Positions 24,235 to 32,373 of a stretch of DNA of 32,373 nt are shown one piece after another. Below the pieces are notes generated by a model. That model was not told the origin of the DNA and made no database searches. It saw only the letters and a list, made by a program, of their open reading frames with translations. Numbering within the stretch: the stretch's first letter is position 1; the number at the start of each line of letters is the position of its first letter. Position numbers and translations under genes: made by a program. Source of the stretch: a virus; IMG/VR virus record IMGVR_UViG_3300025480_000181. One strand, written 5' to 3'.

Positions 24235-25164
24235 ATGGACTGGATAGAGAATCTGGCTGTTGTTGCCTACATTTTTGTCATAGTTTTTGGCGTCATTTAC
24301 ACCATCGCTCTAATCGCTCTGCTTTTCAAGATGATGGCCAAAGAACGAGGCTCATCGAAGAAGACGCCCAAGACAGAGTTGTCCCTCGGCGAACAGATTT
24401 CCGAAGGAAAAGTACGGCCGTACTGTTATGTGAATGGCCCGGAGGTCAAGGCAGTGTACGCTCGATGCATCGGCCCGGTTCCCGAGGAGCGGCATGTCAA
24501 GACGGCTTCGACCACTCAATCGAAGCTCGAAGTGGGAGGCCCAGTGGCGAAGGGCAGCGGACAGAAGGAGGATTCAGAGAAGAACGCGTTGGACTTCTCG
24601 GCTCCTTTGGACGATGTGCTGGCCCAGGAGCTGATGGAAGAACTGGTCAGGCAGGACCACGTTGCCTTCGACTTGGAAGCTAGCCGACCCGACCAGGACC
24701 GATTGAACGCACTCATGGAAGCAACCGGCCGACTGGCCGGGATTGGAGCTTCGGAGATACTCGACGGCGCGAAGGTAGAGAAGCTCAAGGCCAAACTCAC
24801 GGCCGGCCAAGCAACATCAAAAGATGAGAAAATCAAGGAAGTGGAACGTGCGTGCCAGAAGGCGTTCGTCGGGTTGAGGGGAGAGTTCGTGGTCGGAATG
24901 GAGGTGGGCCCGATTCCCACGGGCGGTGGGACGCCATCTATCGAAGCAAGAGCGAACGTCCTCCGTTTGGAGCTGCCAAGCAGCGTGGTAATCTCGGCCC
25001 CGTTCGATATGACAATGATGAAACCTCACATGATCTCTTTGCTGACACCATCGCGGAAGGTTTCCAACGTGATGGTGTTCGGATCGATTCTAGATTGGAA
25101 CAAAGACCAAGCGATTCTTACCGTGACGCCATTGGTGATTGCGCCGAACTGGCCACTGACCTAA
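24235..25164 (+). CDS. Hypothetical protein with N-terminal TM
   Basis: 309-aa ORF with an N-terminal hydrophobic helix. Mixed codon usage; contains GATC. Confidence 0.75.
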   Translation: MDWIENLAVVAYIFVIVFGVIYTIALIALLFKMMAKERGSSKKTPKTELSLGEQISEGKVRPYCYVNGPEVKAVYARCIGPVPEERHVKTASTTQSKLEVGGPVAKGSGQKEDSEKNALDFSAPLDDVLAQELMEELVRQDHVAFDLEASRPDQDRLNALMEATGRLAGIGASEILDGAKVEKLKAKLTAGQATSKDEKIKEVERACQKAFVGLRGEFVVGMEVGPIPTGGGTPSIEARANVLRLELPSSVVISAPFDMTMMKPHMISLLTPSRKVSNVMVFGSILDWNKDQAILTVTPLVIAPNWPLT

Positions 25165-25298
25165 CTGTACTCGACTGAACTCAGCGCCCTAGCGGTGGAG
25201 ACTCCGTACTCCTCTGGTCTTCCTGGCCGTCAAGATTAGGTTGTAACGGGTCGGGACCTACTCTATTTCGGCCGGCGGGTATTGGGGGCGACGAATCG

Positions 25299-25973
25299 AT
25301 GACCGACACGCCCAAGCTCTTTGTGCTGACAGGTGTGCCCGGGTCCGGAAAGACCTCGGCTGCAAATCGAATTGCCTTCGCTCCCGCAGAAGACTGGAAC
25401 CTATTGCACGCGGACGATTTCATCGGACCCACTTTCGCAAAATATCCCCCACTACAAGACGCTCGGTCGGGATTTGTGACTACAATGCCGACGAACTCAT
25501 TCTCCACGGTCTCTGGCTCAAGCTACGTGACGGAGACGGGGGCCACCACGACGGTGGCAACTCACTGGGCCAGTATTCGCCAGTTTCACACGATTTTCGT
25601 TGGTGAATCGGCCGGCTGGTATATGTCTCAGGGCCGGAATATTTTCGTGGAAGGCCACATCAAGGATCAGGTGGAACTGGACAATCTGTTGGAAGCAATC
25701 CCGAACCGCTACGACGGCCCTTTCGACCAAAAGGTCGTCAGGCTTGAAGGAGATGTGGATAAAATCGTCCGGTACCTTGTAGACTCCCAGCACCGTAGGC
25801 ATCAATGTCCAGGGCCGAACCGAGAGGCTTGTCTGCGTCGCTGGATTACCGAGTGGGGGATTGAAACCTGTATCGCAGATCAGACGGTCAATATCAATGG
25901 GAAGACCCCCCAGAAAGTCGCCCAAGACGTCGCGGCCGCGTTCGGGTTCCTATCAGTCGATTCCCGGGTGTAA
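25299..25973 (+). CDS. P-loop small-molecule kinase-like NTPase
   Basis: LTGVPGSGKT Walker A, LLHADDF, IFVEG: nucleoside/gluconate kinase-type layout. Confidence 0.75.
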   Translation: MTDTPKLFVLTGVPGSGKTSAANRIAFAPAEDWNLLHADDFIGPTFAKYPPLQDARSGFVTTMPTNSFSTVSGSSYVTETGATTTVATHWASIRQFHTIFVGESAGWYMSQGRNIFVEGHIKDQVELDNLLEAIPNRYDGPFDQKVVRLEGDVDKIVRYLVDSQHRRHQCPGPNREACLRRWITEWGIETCIADQTVNINGKTPQKVAQDVAAAFGFLSVDSRV

Positions 25974-26140
25974 CGGGTCGAGGCTTCGGCCCCCTCGGGA
26001 GGGGGGTGTTTCATTTCTCGCAGGGATACCCCTCCCCCCTCTCCCCTTATATCGGATGAAACCCTCCTTTCATTGCACGACAGTGGAGGAACGGCACCCA
26101 TGAGCGCTCGGCCTAAGCACCCGAGTCTCGACCATTCTTC

Positions 26141-26707
26141 ATGGGAATGAGTGAAACCCGTCAGACCACGGCTGAATCGAGCCCCAACCTGCTAAGGGAC
26201 ATCGTAGTGTACATTGGCCGTCGGGTGAGCCTGAACGGAACCAGGGTTCAGAAACTCCTCTATCTGGTCGAGGCCGAGTACGCCGATCGGAACGGAGCTC
26301 GCCTGATGGACTATGAGTTCTACCACAATCGGTTCGGAATGAACTCCAAGACCTTGGAGGATCGGGTCCTCGCCATGAAGGAAGAGAAAGGCGGACCCCT
26401 CTTCATTACCTTCCAGAAGACCGATGTGGGCATGGGCCTCCGAATTAAGGTTAAGGACGACGTACCCCAGCCCACTCTACCTGCCGAAGTCAAGGCGGCC
26501 TGTGATTTCGTTATCCGCGAATACGGGTCGATGCCCTTGACTTCGCTAATGCATGCCGCCAAGCGAACCCTTCCGTTTTACGGAACGGAGGATGGCGACA
26601 AGGTCGATTGGTCGAGCGTGAAAAAGGTCGACCAGTGTAACCACAAGCTTTCGGAGAATGGTCGACGTATTCTGCAGAGGGCTTTATCGGCCGGAGAGGG
26701 TTCGTAG
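26141..26707 (+). CDS. Panacea (SocA/DUF4065)-domain antitoxin
   Basis: RVQKLLYLVEAEY..RNG..L.DYEFYHNRFG matches the QKLLY...GP Panacea signature region. Start may be 26147. Confidence 0.75.
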   Translation: MGMSETRQTTAESSPNLLRDIVVYIGRRVSLNGTRVQKLLYLVEAEYADRNGARLMDYEFYHNRFGMNSKTLEDRVLAMKEEKGGPLFITFQKTDVGMGLRIKVKDDVPQPTLPAEVKAACDFVIREYGSMPLTSLMHAAKRTLPFYGTEDGDKVDWSSVKKVDQCNHKLSENGRRILQRALSAGEGS

Positions 26708-26730
26708 TCCTGAACACTCCGGTAGCCCCC

Positions 26731-27012
26731 GTGCGCGTCATCAGCTTGAGCGACCCTCCATACAAACGACGGCCCAACAAGGAGTTCGACGCCCAACTAC
26801 TGCCAGATGGGTCCCCGGCTGAGCGGTTACTGAAGAACTGTATGGATAGGATTCTGAGGGCACCCAAATCCTTCGGGAATGTCTCGGTGGAACCGAAAGG
26901 TACGCGGCATTGCCACCTGGGAAAGAGTGGGATTCTGTGGTGGAAAGTCCACGAGGCGACTAAAGAGGTCGAGTTTTTGTCCTGGGGTGATTGGGACGAT
27001 TACTTCGGTTAA
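26731..27012 (+). CDS. RelE/ParE-superfamily toxin-like protein
   Basis: 93 aa, directly downstream of the antitoxin. RHCHLG...LWWKVHE....VEFLSWGDWDDYF resembles the RelE C-terminal pattern. Confidence 0.55.
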   Translation: MRVISLSDPPYKRRPNKEFDAQLLPDGSPAERLLKNCMDRILRAPKSFGNVSVEPKGTRHCHLGKSGILWWKVHEATKEVEFLSWGDWDDYFG

Positions 27013-27063
27013 GGTGCCAGAACCTATCGATCTTGACTGGCGGCCTTATCGTCACGTTGCTCC

Positions 27064-27939
27064 GTGGTGCACCCCGTGAGTGGCTCCGTCAGGCGCCGAC
27101 CAGGAGTTCGCGCGACGGCTGTATTGGGCTCGGCCTGGGTCGATGAGGTCCGCGAGACAATACCCACCGTTTCCGAACAGATTGAGGCGGGGCTGGCCGA
27201 GATACGTCGGCAGGGGTTCAACGAAGAACTGGCCCGATCCGAGTTCGGAAGGTGGTTAGTCGCCTCCCATCACGAGGTCGAGCGAATATACCGGGCCGCA
27301 GAGGATGCGGCCTTGAGCATGCTCGTCGATAAGTGGGTCGCGAGTGCGACTCCACCCACCCCCACGGAGAACTTCCAAGAATGGCTTCGGTCGTTTCTGT
27401 CCCGAGCGGCGCGGGATTTTACCGCCTTCGAGTTTCGAGCGGGTCAGGCGAGAAAGTCTCGCGCTGGGTCGGTCTGGGAGAGGCTGGGGGGCTTCTTTCT
27501 TGAATGGAATGGCATTCACTCCGAGAAGCCCACAGGAAAGGCCGCACGGAAGCTACGCCAGATTGACAAAGTGGTCCCATCGGTGCTCGTCGCACTCACT
27601 ACCCCCGACCGGGCCATTCGACTTAGCTTCAAGACAGAAGCCAGGGAAAAGTGGCGGGTCCTAATCGATGAGGGCAGGCGCGGATACGTGTACTTGGTTA
27701 CTCTCGGCGACGACATCACGCCCGACCGGCTGGAAGAAATGGCTGATACCCGTCTGGTCGCCTTCGTTCCCAAGAGCGTCAAAGAGGGAAGATCGGAATT
27801 CAGAGACAACCCGTCTATCCGTGTGCTTGACGAGCTGGTCGCCGAAGTGCGGCGATACGATTCTGCCGGGCCTCCTCCGACACCACCGCAGCAAATCCCC
27901 ACCGGGGTCCGCCCCGCTCGGGTTCGAAAGCTCGATTAG
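27064..27939 (+). CDS. Type II restriction endonuclease, EcoRII-C/SsoII/PspGI-like
   Basis: RKSRAG..WE, IDKVVP, SFKTEAREKWR.LIDE, YLVTL, L.EM....V.FVP parallel the EcoRII-C motifs RKSRAG, PD, KTT.KDRWRQ..E. Start uncertain. Confidence 0.8.
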   Translation: MVHPVSGSVRRRPGVRATAVLGSAWVDEVRETIPTVSEQIEAGLAEIRRQGFNEELARSEFGRWLVASHHEVERIYRAAEDAALSMLVDKWVASATPPTPTENFQEWLRSFLSRAARDFTAFEFRAGQARKSRAGSVWERLGGFFLEWNGIHSEKPTGKAARKLRQIDKVVPSVLVALTTPDRAIRLSFKTEAREKWRVLIDEGRRGYVYLVTLGDDITPDRLEEMADTRLVAFVPKSVKEGRSEFRDNPSIRVLDELVAEVRRYDSAGPPPTPPQQIPTGVRPARVRKLD

Positions 27940-29234
27940 TTTCTGGGCCGATTGAATATCAGAACGTACTCGTTCGCCATCGTCTCCCCAAGCTGCCCCG
28001 GAATGTTGCTCGGGGAGTTTCGGAGCGGCATGACCTTGTTAGGAATGCCTCGGACGATCGTCTCCTCGTGGACCAAGCCGCATTCATGCTCGAACAATTC
28101 AGACAGGATCACGTCGGTTTCGAGGCGGACCCCCTTGACGGTTCGATTGCCCACAACGACGCATGCCCTCCCGCCCGGAGCGAGTTTGCCAGCGACCCAT
28201 CGAAAAGCCCCGCAGAGGTCCACATAGAACGATAGGACGTCTCGCGCACGCGCCGGGTCCTTCGCCCGAATATCGGTAAGGTGACGGTCCAAGGTTGGAG
28301 AGTCGGGTCGGGGGGTCAGCTCTGCTGCGGGTCGGCCTCCCAAGGATTCCCGGTCGGTTCGGTTCACGGTGGCCCTGTCGTAGCCAAGCCAACTGAGGGA
28401 GAGGCTGGAGTACTGGCCGTACGCGACTGTTGTCCGGCTGTCTCCATAAGGGGGAGAGGTAACGATTAGGTCGTAGGTCCCGTTCGGGAGAGCCGCCGGG
28501 TCGCGCGTGTCGCCCAGTACGACGTTTGCCGTTGGGACTCCTTTCGGAAGACGGGACACAAAGTCACCCATCTTCTCCCGGTTGTGAACGACAACACTTG
28601 CGAATGAGCCGAGCACGGACGGACGCCAATCCTTGCGCTTTTCCTCCGGCATCCGATAGGTCTTGTACTCGTCCTTCCGAGTCCACGACACGAACCGAGC
28701 GGTTTCGGCAAAGCATGCCTCAAAGAACCGGCGCAGTTCCTCGGATTCGGTGGCGAGAATCGCCGCGCGCAGACGTGAGAGTTCGGCGACAGATCGGGCG
28801 GAGTACCAGAAACTGAGGTTCTGGATATCCACGTTCGCAGGTGCGGATGTGATCTCGTCGTACCGTCTCAATATGGCCTGATGCTCGACCCGGATGGCGC
28901 GGTCGGTCAGCGGCGTAGTTTTGGCTCGGGCGAGGAGCACCGCCAGCGGATTCAGATCAACGCCGACGGCGGTCATGCCGTGAAGCATTCCCTCTACGAG
29001 TGCCGAGCCGGACCCGCAGAACGGGTCCAAGAGTCGCCCTCCGTTCTTAATGGGGGAGTACTCGTCTATCAGCCTTCTGACGACAGGGGCAACCATCATC
29101 GCCGGATAGCGATAGATTCCGTGAGTGGCGTACTTGGTGTCCTCACCCCGGAAGTCCCACGAAGGGTCGGCCCGACGAAGCCGACGAGGGTCGGATTCAA
29201 GCGAGGCCGGGGCACGCGCGAGCGACTGTGCCAC
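27936..29234 (-). CDS. N4-cytosine DNA methyltransferase (alpha motif order; M.MvaI/M.PspGI-like)
   Basis: THGIYRYPAMM, DPFCGSGS (motif I) before DLIVTSPPY (motif IV). Convergent with and overlapping the endonuclease gene. Confidence 0.85.
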   Translation of the reverse strand: MAQSLARAPASLESDPRRLRRADPSWDFRGEDTKYATHGIYRYPAMMVAPVVRRLIDEYSPIKNGGRLLDPFCGSGSALVEGMLHGMTAVGVDLNPLAVLLARAKTTPLTDRAIRVEHQAILRRYDEITSAPANVDIQNLSFWYSARSVAELSRLRAAILATESEELRRFFEACFAETARFVSWTRKDEYKTYRMPEEKRKDWRPSVLGSFASVVVHNREKMGDFVSRLPKGVPTANVVLGDTRDPAALPNGTYDLIVTSPPYGDSRTTVAYGQYSSLSLSWLGYDRATVNRTDRESLGGRPAAELTPRPDSPTLDRHLTDIRAKDPARARDVLSFYVDLCGAFRWVAGKLAPGGRACVVVGNRTVKGVRLETDVILSELFEHECGLVHEETIVRGIPNKVMPLRNSPSNIPGQLGETMANEYVLIFNRPRN

Positions 29235-29479
29235 TATCCTACCCCCACCCCTCCATTTCGAGTGGAGACTGGAGCAACCTTCTTGCGAGGGGTATCGGGC
29301 GGGATAGGGTAGACCCGTTTCATCTGACCCTCTATCGCGATTCGGACCTTTCCGTCGGCTTCGAGTTGGCCGATGTACCGGCCGACAGTCTGTCGGCTGT
29401 GATTCAGTTCTCTTGCGATCTTCTCGGACCAGGTTCCTTCGGGATGTAGTTGGACGTAGTCGAGGATTTCCTTCTCCAT
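29234..29479 (-). CDS. Winged-helix transcriptional regulator coupled to the methyltransferase
   Basis: ILDYVQLHPEG..SEKIARELNHSRQTVGRYIGQLEADGKV. TAGTG overlap with the MTase start. Start reassigned to ATG 29479. Confidence 0.8.
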   Translation of the reverse strand: MEKEILDYVQLHPEGTWSEKIARELNHSRQTVGRYIGQLEADGKVRIAIEGQMKRVYPIPPDTPRKKVAPVSTRNGGVGVG

Positions 29480-29584
29480 CGTGCGGTTTCCCATCCGTCT
29501 CGGTTCGTCCGTAGCCATTCGTGGAATGGTTCGGGCGCCCCGATTGGATTATCCTATCGGCGCAACTGAAGCGAATGACCGTTA

Positions 29585-29618
29585 TAACGATATGCCTGTC
29601 GGATTAACGGATATGCCT
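29585..29618. promoter_or_regulatory. Direct repeat TAACG(G)ATATGCCT x2, putative operator
   Basis: GATATGCCT at 29589-29597 and 29610-29618 (21-bp spacing), next to palindromic GTTATAAC at 29581-29588. Confidence 0.45.
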
Positions 29619-29681
29619 AAAGGGGTAGGGGCATGGAAGTGGGCAGAGGACTGTGATGAACTCCGAACGTCGGGGTCGTAC

Positions 29682-29909
29682 TCAGCCGCGCTTGGAAGAT
29701 TTTGACAGCCGTCCCTTCGACGTTTCAGAGCGGACGGAGACCTTCCCCGTTCGCGGCTCCACCGACCATATGAGAGAGGTTCCTTCCCTCGCACCTAGGA
29801 TCGCCGCCACCACTTGCGGGATCGTGGCGTGTACCGACGAGGACCCGGGCTGCGTCCGTATCACCCGGGACGAATACTCACCGACCGAGGACTCCGGTTT
29901 CTCCGACAT
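29682..29909 (-). CDS. AbrB/MazE/SpoVT-like DNA-binding protein
   Basis: SVHATIPQVVAAILGAREGTSLIWSV matches the swapped-hairpin pattern S...TIP..VA..LG...G..L.W. Confidence 0.7.
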   Translation of the reverse strand: MSEKPESSVGEYSSRVIRTQPGSSSVHATIPQVVAAILGAREGTSLIWSVEPRTGKVSVRSETSKGRLSKSSKRG

Positions 29910-30042
29910 GCCTACTACGGCAGTAGGTGGCCGCCTATATCAACTTGCTCTAAACGTTGGGGTGCAGATTGGCCAAAGTCTTAAGTATGGGAGGGCCTCT
30001 ACTATTAGACAAGGCATTAGACAACGCCTGAGGAGAAAGAGG

Positions 30043-31284
30043 ATGACGGAAGCGGCAGAACGAATGAGCGAGGCCGACTGGTGGCGCTCGCACTCTTGGA
30101 CAGACCAGAGAACGCCGGCGCTCGCCATCGTCGCGAGGGGAGACCAAATCCGGACGCTCGACCCAGCGACCTACTCCGTGCGATCACAGAGCCATCCCGA
30201 GGAGGCGCACACCGTCTCGCAGGAAGGTGGCCGGTGGTCGTGTGACTGTGCCTTCTTCTCGTCGGCCCGGATGACGTGCATTCACATTCTCGCGGTGCGA
30301 TTCAGGAATGGACTCCAGGAGAACGCGCCGACCCATAGCGTGCCTGCGGTGGTCTGCGAGTCCTGTCGGTCAACGGATGTAATCCGCAAGGGTGTGCGCC
30401 GAAACAAGAGCGGCGATGTGATGCTCTACCTCTGTTCGACGTGCGGTCGCCGGTTCGCCGGGCGCGAGGGCTTCCACAACCGCCGGGCCGACCCGGAGAA
30501 GATTGCCCTGGCCCTCGACCTCTACTTCCGCGGCATGAGCGTGCGAAAGATTCAGGAGCATTTCCGGCAGGTCCACCAACTCAAGGTTAGCCACGTCACC
30601 GTCTACCGCTGGGTCGCGCACTTCGGGAAGATCGCAGCCGAATGGATGGACGCTCAGGGGGCCCGGACCTCGGACCGCTGGCACGTCGACGAGACGGTGG
30701 TCGGAGTGAATGGAATTAACAAGTATCTCTGGAATGTTTTGGATCATGAAACGCGGTTCCTCCTGGCCACCCATGTCAGCCGGGGCCGGAACCTCAAGGA
30801 TACCCGCGCCCCGCTTCACAAGGCCAAGGAGGCGACTCCCGACCGCCCGGTGGATGTCCTGACCGATGGGATGCAGACCTACCCCGAGGCCGTCAGTAAG
30901 GAACTCGGCCGGAGGGCCACTCCGTTCGACGACCCGAGGCTCGTCCGCAGAGGGTGGTTCAGCCCGCACCGGAGGGTTCCGAGCATCCGGGCCAAAGAGT
31001 CAAACAACCGCATCGAGCGGTTCCACGGCACGGAGAAGGAGCGGGTCAAGGTCATGCGAGGGTTCGACAACGACGGAGGAACGTCGGCGCTCATGGAGGG
31101 TTTCCGGGCGCACTACAATTTGGTCAAGGATCACCAAACGCTGGGAATGACGCCCGGCGAAGCGGCAGGAATTCCGACGGGCGATGGGTTCCGTTGGATG
31201 ACGGTTCTCAGGGAAGCGACGAAGACCGGAAAGACGCGAAATGTAACACCGGTCGAGGAGAATTCAGAAGACCCGAAATCGTAA
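30043..31284 (+). CDS. IS6-family DDE transposase with N-terminal SWIM finger and Zn ribbon
   Basis: SWIM CDC...CIH; CESC...CSTC; HTH (GMSVRKI...SHVTVYRWV); WHVDET, LTDG, NNRIERFH catalytic motifs. ATG 30043 follows AGGAGAAAGAGG. Confidence 0.88.
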   Translation: MTEAAERMSEADWWRSHSWTDQRTPALAIVARGDQIRTLDPATYSVRSQSHPEEAHTVSQEGGRWSCDCAFFSSARMTCIHILAVRFRNGLQENAPTHSVPAVVCESCRSTDVIRKGVRRNKSGDVMLYLCSTCGRRFAGREGFHNRRADPEKIALALDLYFRGMSVRKIQEHFRQVHQLKVSHVTVYRWVAHFGKIAAEWMDAQGARTSDRWHVDETVVGVNGINKYLWNVLDHETRFLLATHVSRGRNLKDTRAPLHKAKEATPDRPVDVLTDGMQTYPEAVSKELGRRATPFDDPRLVRRGWFSPHRRVPSIRAKESNNRIERFHGTEKERVKVMRGFDNDGGTSALMEGFRAHYNLVKDHQTLGMTPGEAAGIPTGDGFRWMTVLREATKTGKTRNVTPVEENSEDPKS

Positions 31285-31379
31285 CAGTTCCGCTCTACGC
31301 AAACGTTTATGTACGATTCTCCAAACTGCTTGTCCAGAGCGTATGACGCTCGTCCGACAAACGTAGCGGAGATAGAACG

Positions 31380-32373
31380 ATGAAGTCCATTATCCAGGAA
31401 GCGATCGCGAAACACCAGGAAAACCAGGCCCTGGTCGAAGAGAAGAAGCCGACCGCGCCCGCCTATGCCAGCCAGGACGACGCTGAGCTGACGAAGCTGG
31501 CGGAGACCCTCAAGGTCAACATCCGGATCGTCGGATGCGGTGGTGGCGGCTCGAACACGATCAACCGCTGCGTCGAGGAAGGCATCCAGGGCGCCGAGAT
31601 GTGCGCCATCAACACGGATGCGAAACACCTGCTCAGCATCCACTCGGGACGCAAGATCCTCATCGGCCGCCGGACCACGAAGGGCCTCGGTGCCGGCGCT
31701 CGACCCGAGATCGGGGAAGAGGCGGCGCGCGAGAACGAGGAAGAGCTGCGCGCGTTCGTGACCGGCGCGCACATCGTCTTCATCACCGCGGGCATGGGCG
31801 GCGGGACCGGGACCGGTTCCGCGCACCTGGTCGCTCGGCTCGCGAAAGAAGCGGGCGCGCTCACGATGGGCGTCATCACCCTCCCGTTCGCCGGCGAGGG
31901 AGCCGCGCGCATGGAGCAGGCCCGCGACGGGCTGGAGCGCCTGCGCCGCGTCTGCGACACCACCATCGTCATCCAGAACGACAAGCTCCTCGAGCTCGTC
32001 CCTCGGATGCCCCTCGACTCCGCGTTCAAGCTCGCGGATGCGGTCCTGATGACCGCAATCAAGGGCATCACCGAGATCGTGACGAAGCCCGGCCTCGTGA
32101 ACCTCGACTACGCCGACATCCTGACGGTCATGAAGGACGGCGGCGTCGCGCTCATCGGGCTCGGCGAGAGCGAGAGCGCGACCGACCGGGTCACCGAAGC
32201 GGTCACCGAGGCGCTCACCTCTCCCCTGCTCGGCTCGGTGGAGCTCAAGGACGCGACCGGCGCCCTCGTGCGCGTGATCGGCGGTCCGACCATGACGGTC
32301 AGCGAGGCCGAGAAGGCCGCGGCGCTGGTCGGCGGGAAGATCTCGAAGCGCGCTCGGATCATCTGGGGCTGCT
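31380..32373 (+). CDS. ftsZ: Cell division protein FtsZ (archaeal type), 3' truncated by window end
   Basis: Translated by hand: IVGCGGGGSNTINR, AINTDAKHL, GLGAGARPEIG, AGMGGGTGTG, NDKL, VNLDYAD. Missing from the ORF track because no stop lies in the window. Confidence 0.97.
   Translation, partial: MKSIIQEAIAKHQENQALVEEKKPTAPAYASQDDAELTKLAETLKVNIRIVGCGGGGSNTINRCVEEGIQGAEMCAINTDAKHLLSIHSGRKILIGRRTTKGLGAGARPEIGEEAARENEEELRAFVTGAHIVFITAGMGGGTGTGSAHLVARLAKEAGALTMGVITLPFAGEGAARMEQARDGLERLRRVCDTTIVIQNDKLLELVPRMPLDSAFKLADAVLMTAIKGITEIVTKPGLVNLDYADILTVMKDGGVALIGLGESESATDRVTEAVTEALTSPLLGSVELKDATGALVRVIGGPTMTVSEAEKAAALVGGKISKRARIIWGC

Larger units (their letters stand above)
29647..31291. mobile_element. 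Putative IS6-type element including the AbrB-like gene
   Basis: Right end reads GGAACTGTTAC on the minus strand (IS6-like GGNNCTGT). The left candidate AGGACTGTGATGAACT matches only 10/16. Confidence 0.4.

Noticed and set aside
29653-30042. N-terminal 130-aa extension of the transposase in the ORF track
   Set aside because: It overlaps the AbrB-like gene on the opposite strand and a promoter-like spacer; ATG 30043 has a good purine-rich RBS.
31131-32362. Minus-strand ORFs 31131..31826, 31463..32071, 31540..31761, 32108..32362
   Set aside because: Antisense shadows of ftsZ.
1-32373. tRNA/rRNA genes or a tRNA attachment site
   Set aside because: No cloverleaf-like or rRNA-like segment recognised, and intergenic gaps are mostly too short. 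A tRNAscan run would be needed to exclude this formally.

Overview
This is an archaeal window: it ends in an archaeal-type ftsZ, and Thermoplasmata is a tentative guess for the host. It has three parts. (1) 1-~24,220 is a compositionally distinct, virus-like or integrative element that continues off the left edge. It carries ~57 tightly packed + strand genes. Blocks of membrane/surface genes (PKD, FN3, prepilin-like, spike-like) alternate with runs of tiny ORFs. Those ORFs are joined by a near-invariant junction, GGAGGGAGTAG|ATG (26 exact copies of GGAGGGAG+stop counted by eye, plus about a dozen variants), so most of them end in the peptide RRE*. I found no GATC in this segment. (2) 24,235-29,520 is a defence island: P-loop kinase-like gene, Panacea/SocA antitoxin with a RelE-like toxin, an EcoRII-C/PspGI-like endonuclease convergent with an N4-cytosine methyltransferase, and a wHTH regulator. 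(3) An AbrB-like gene and a SWIM-finger IS6-type DDE transposase sit next to host ftsZ (31,380 to window end). The best candidate for an undescribed system is the short-junction, integron-like gene-cassette array in part 1. No replication, packaging or integrase gene for that element is visible, so its class cannot be fixed from this window. All family assignments are by motif recognition only.
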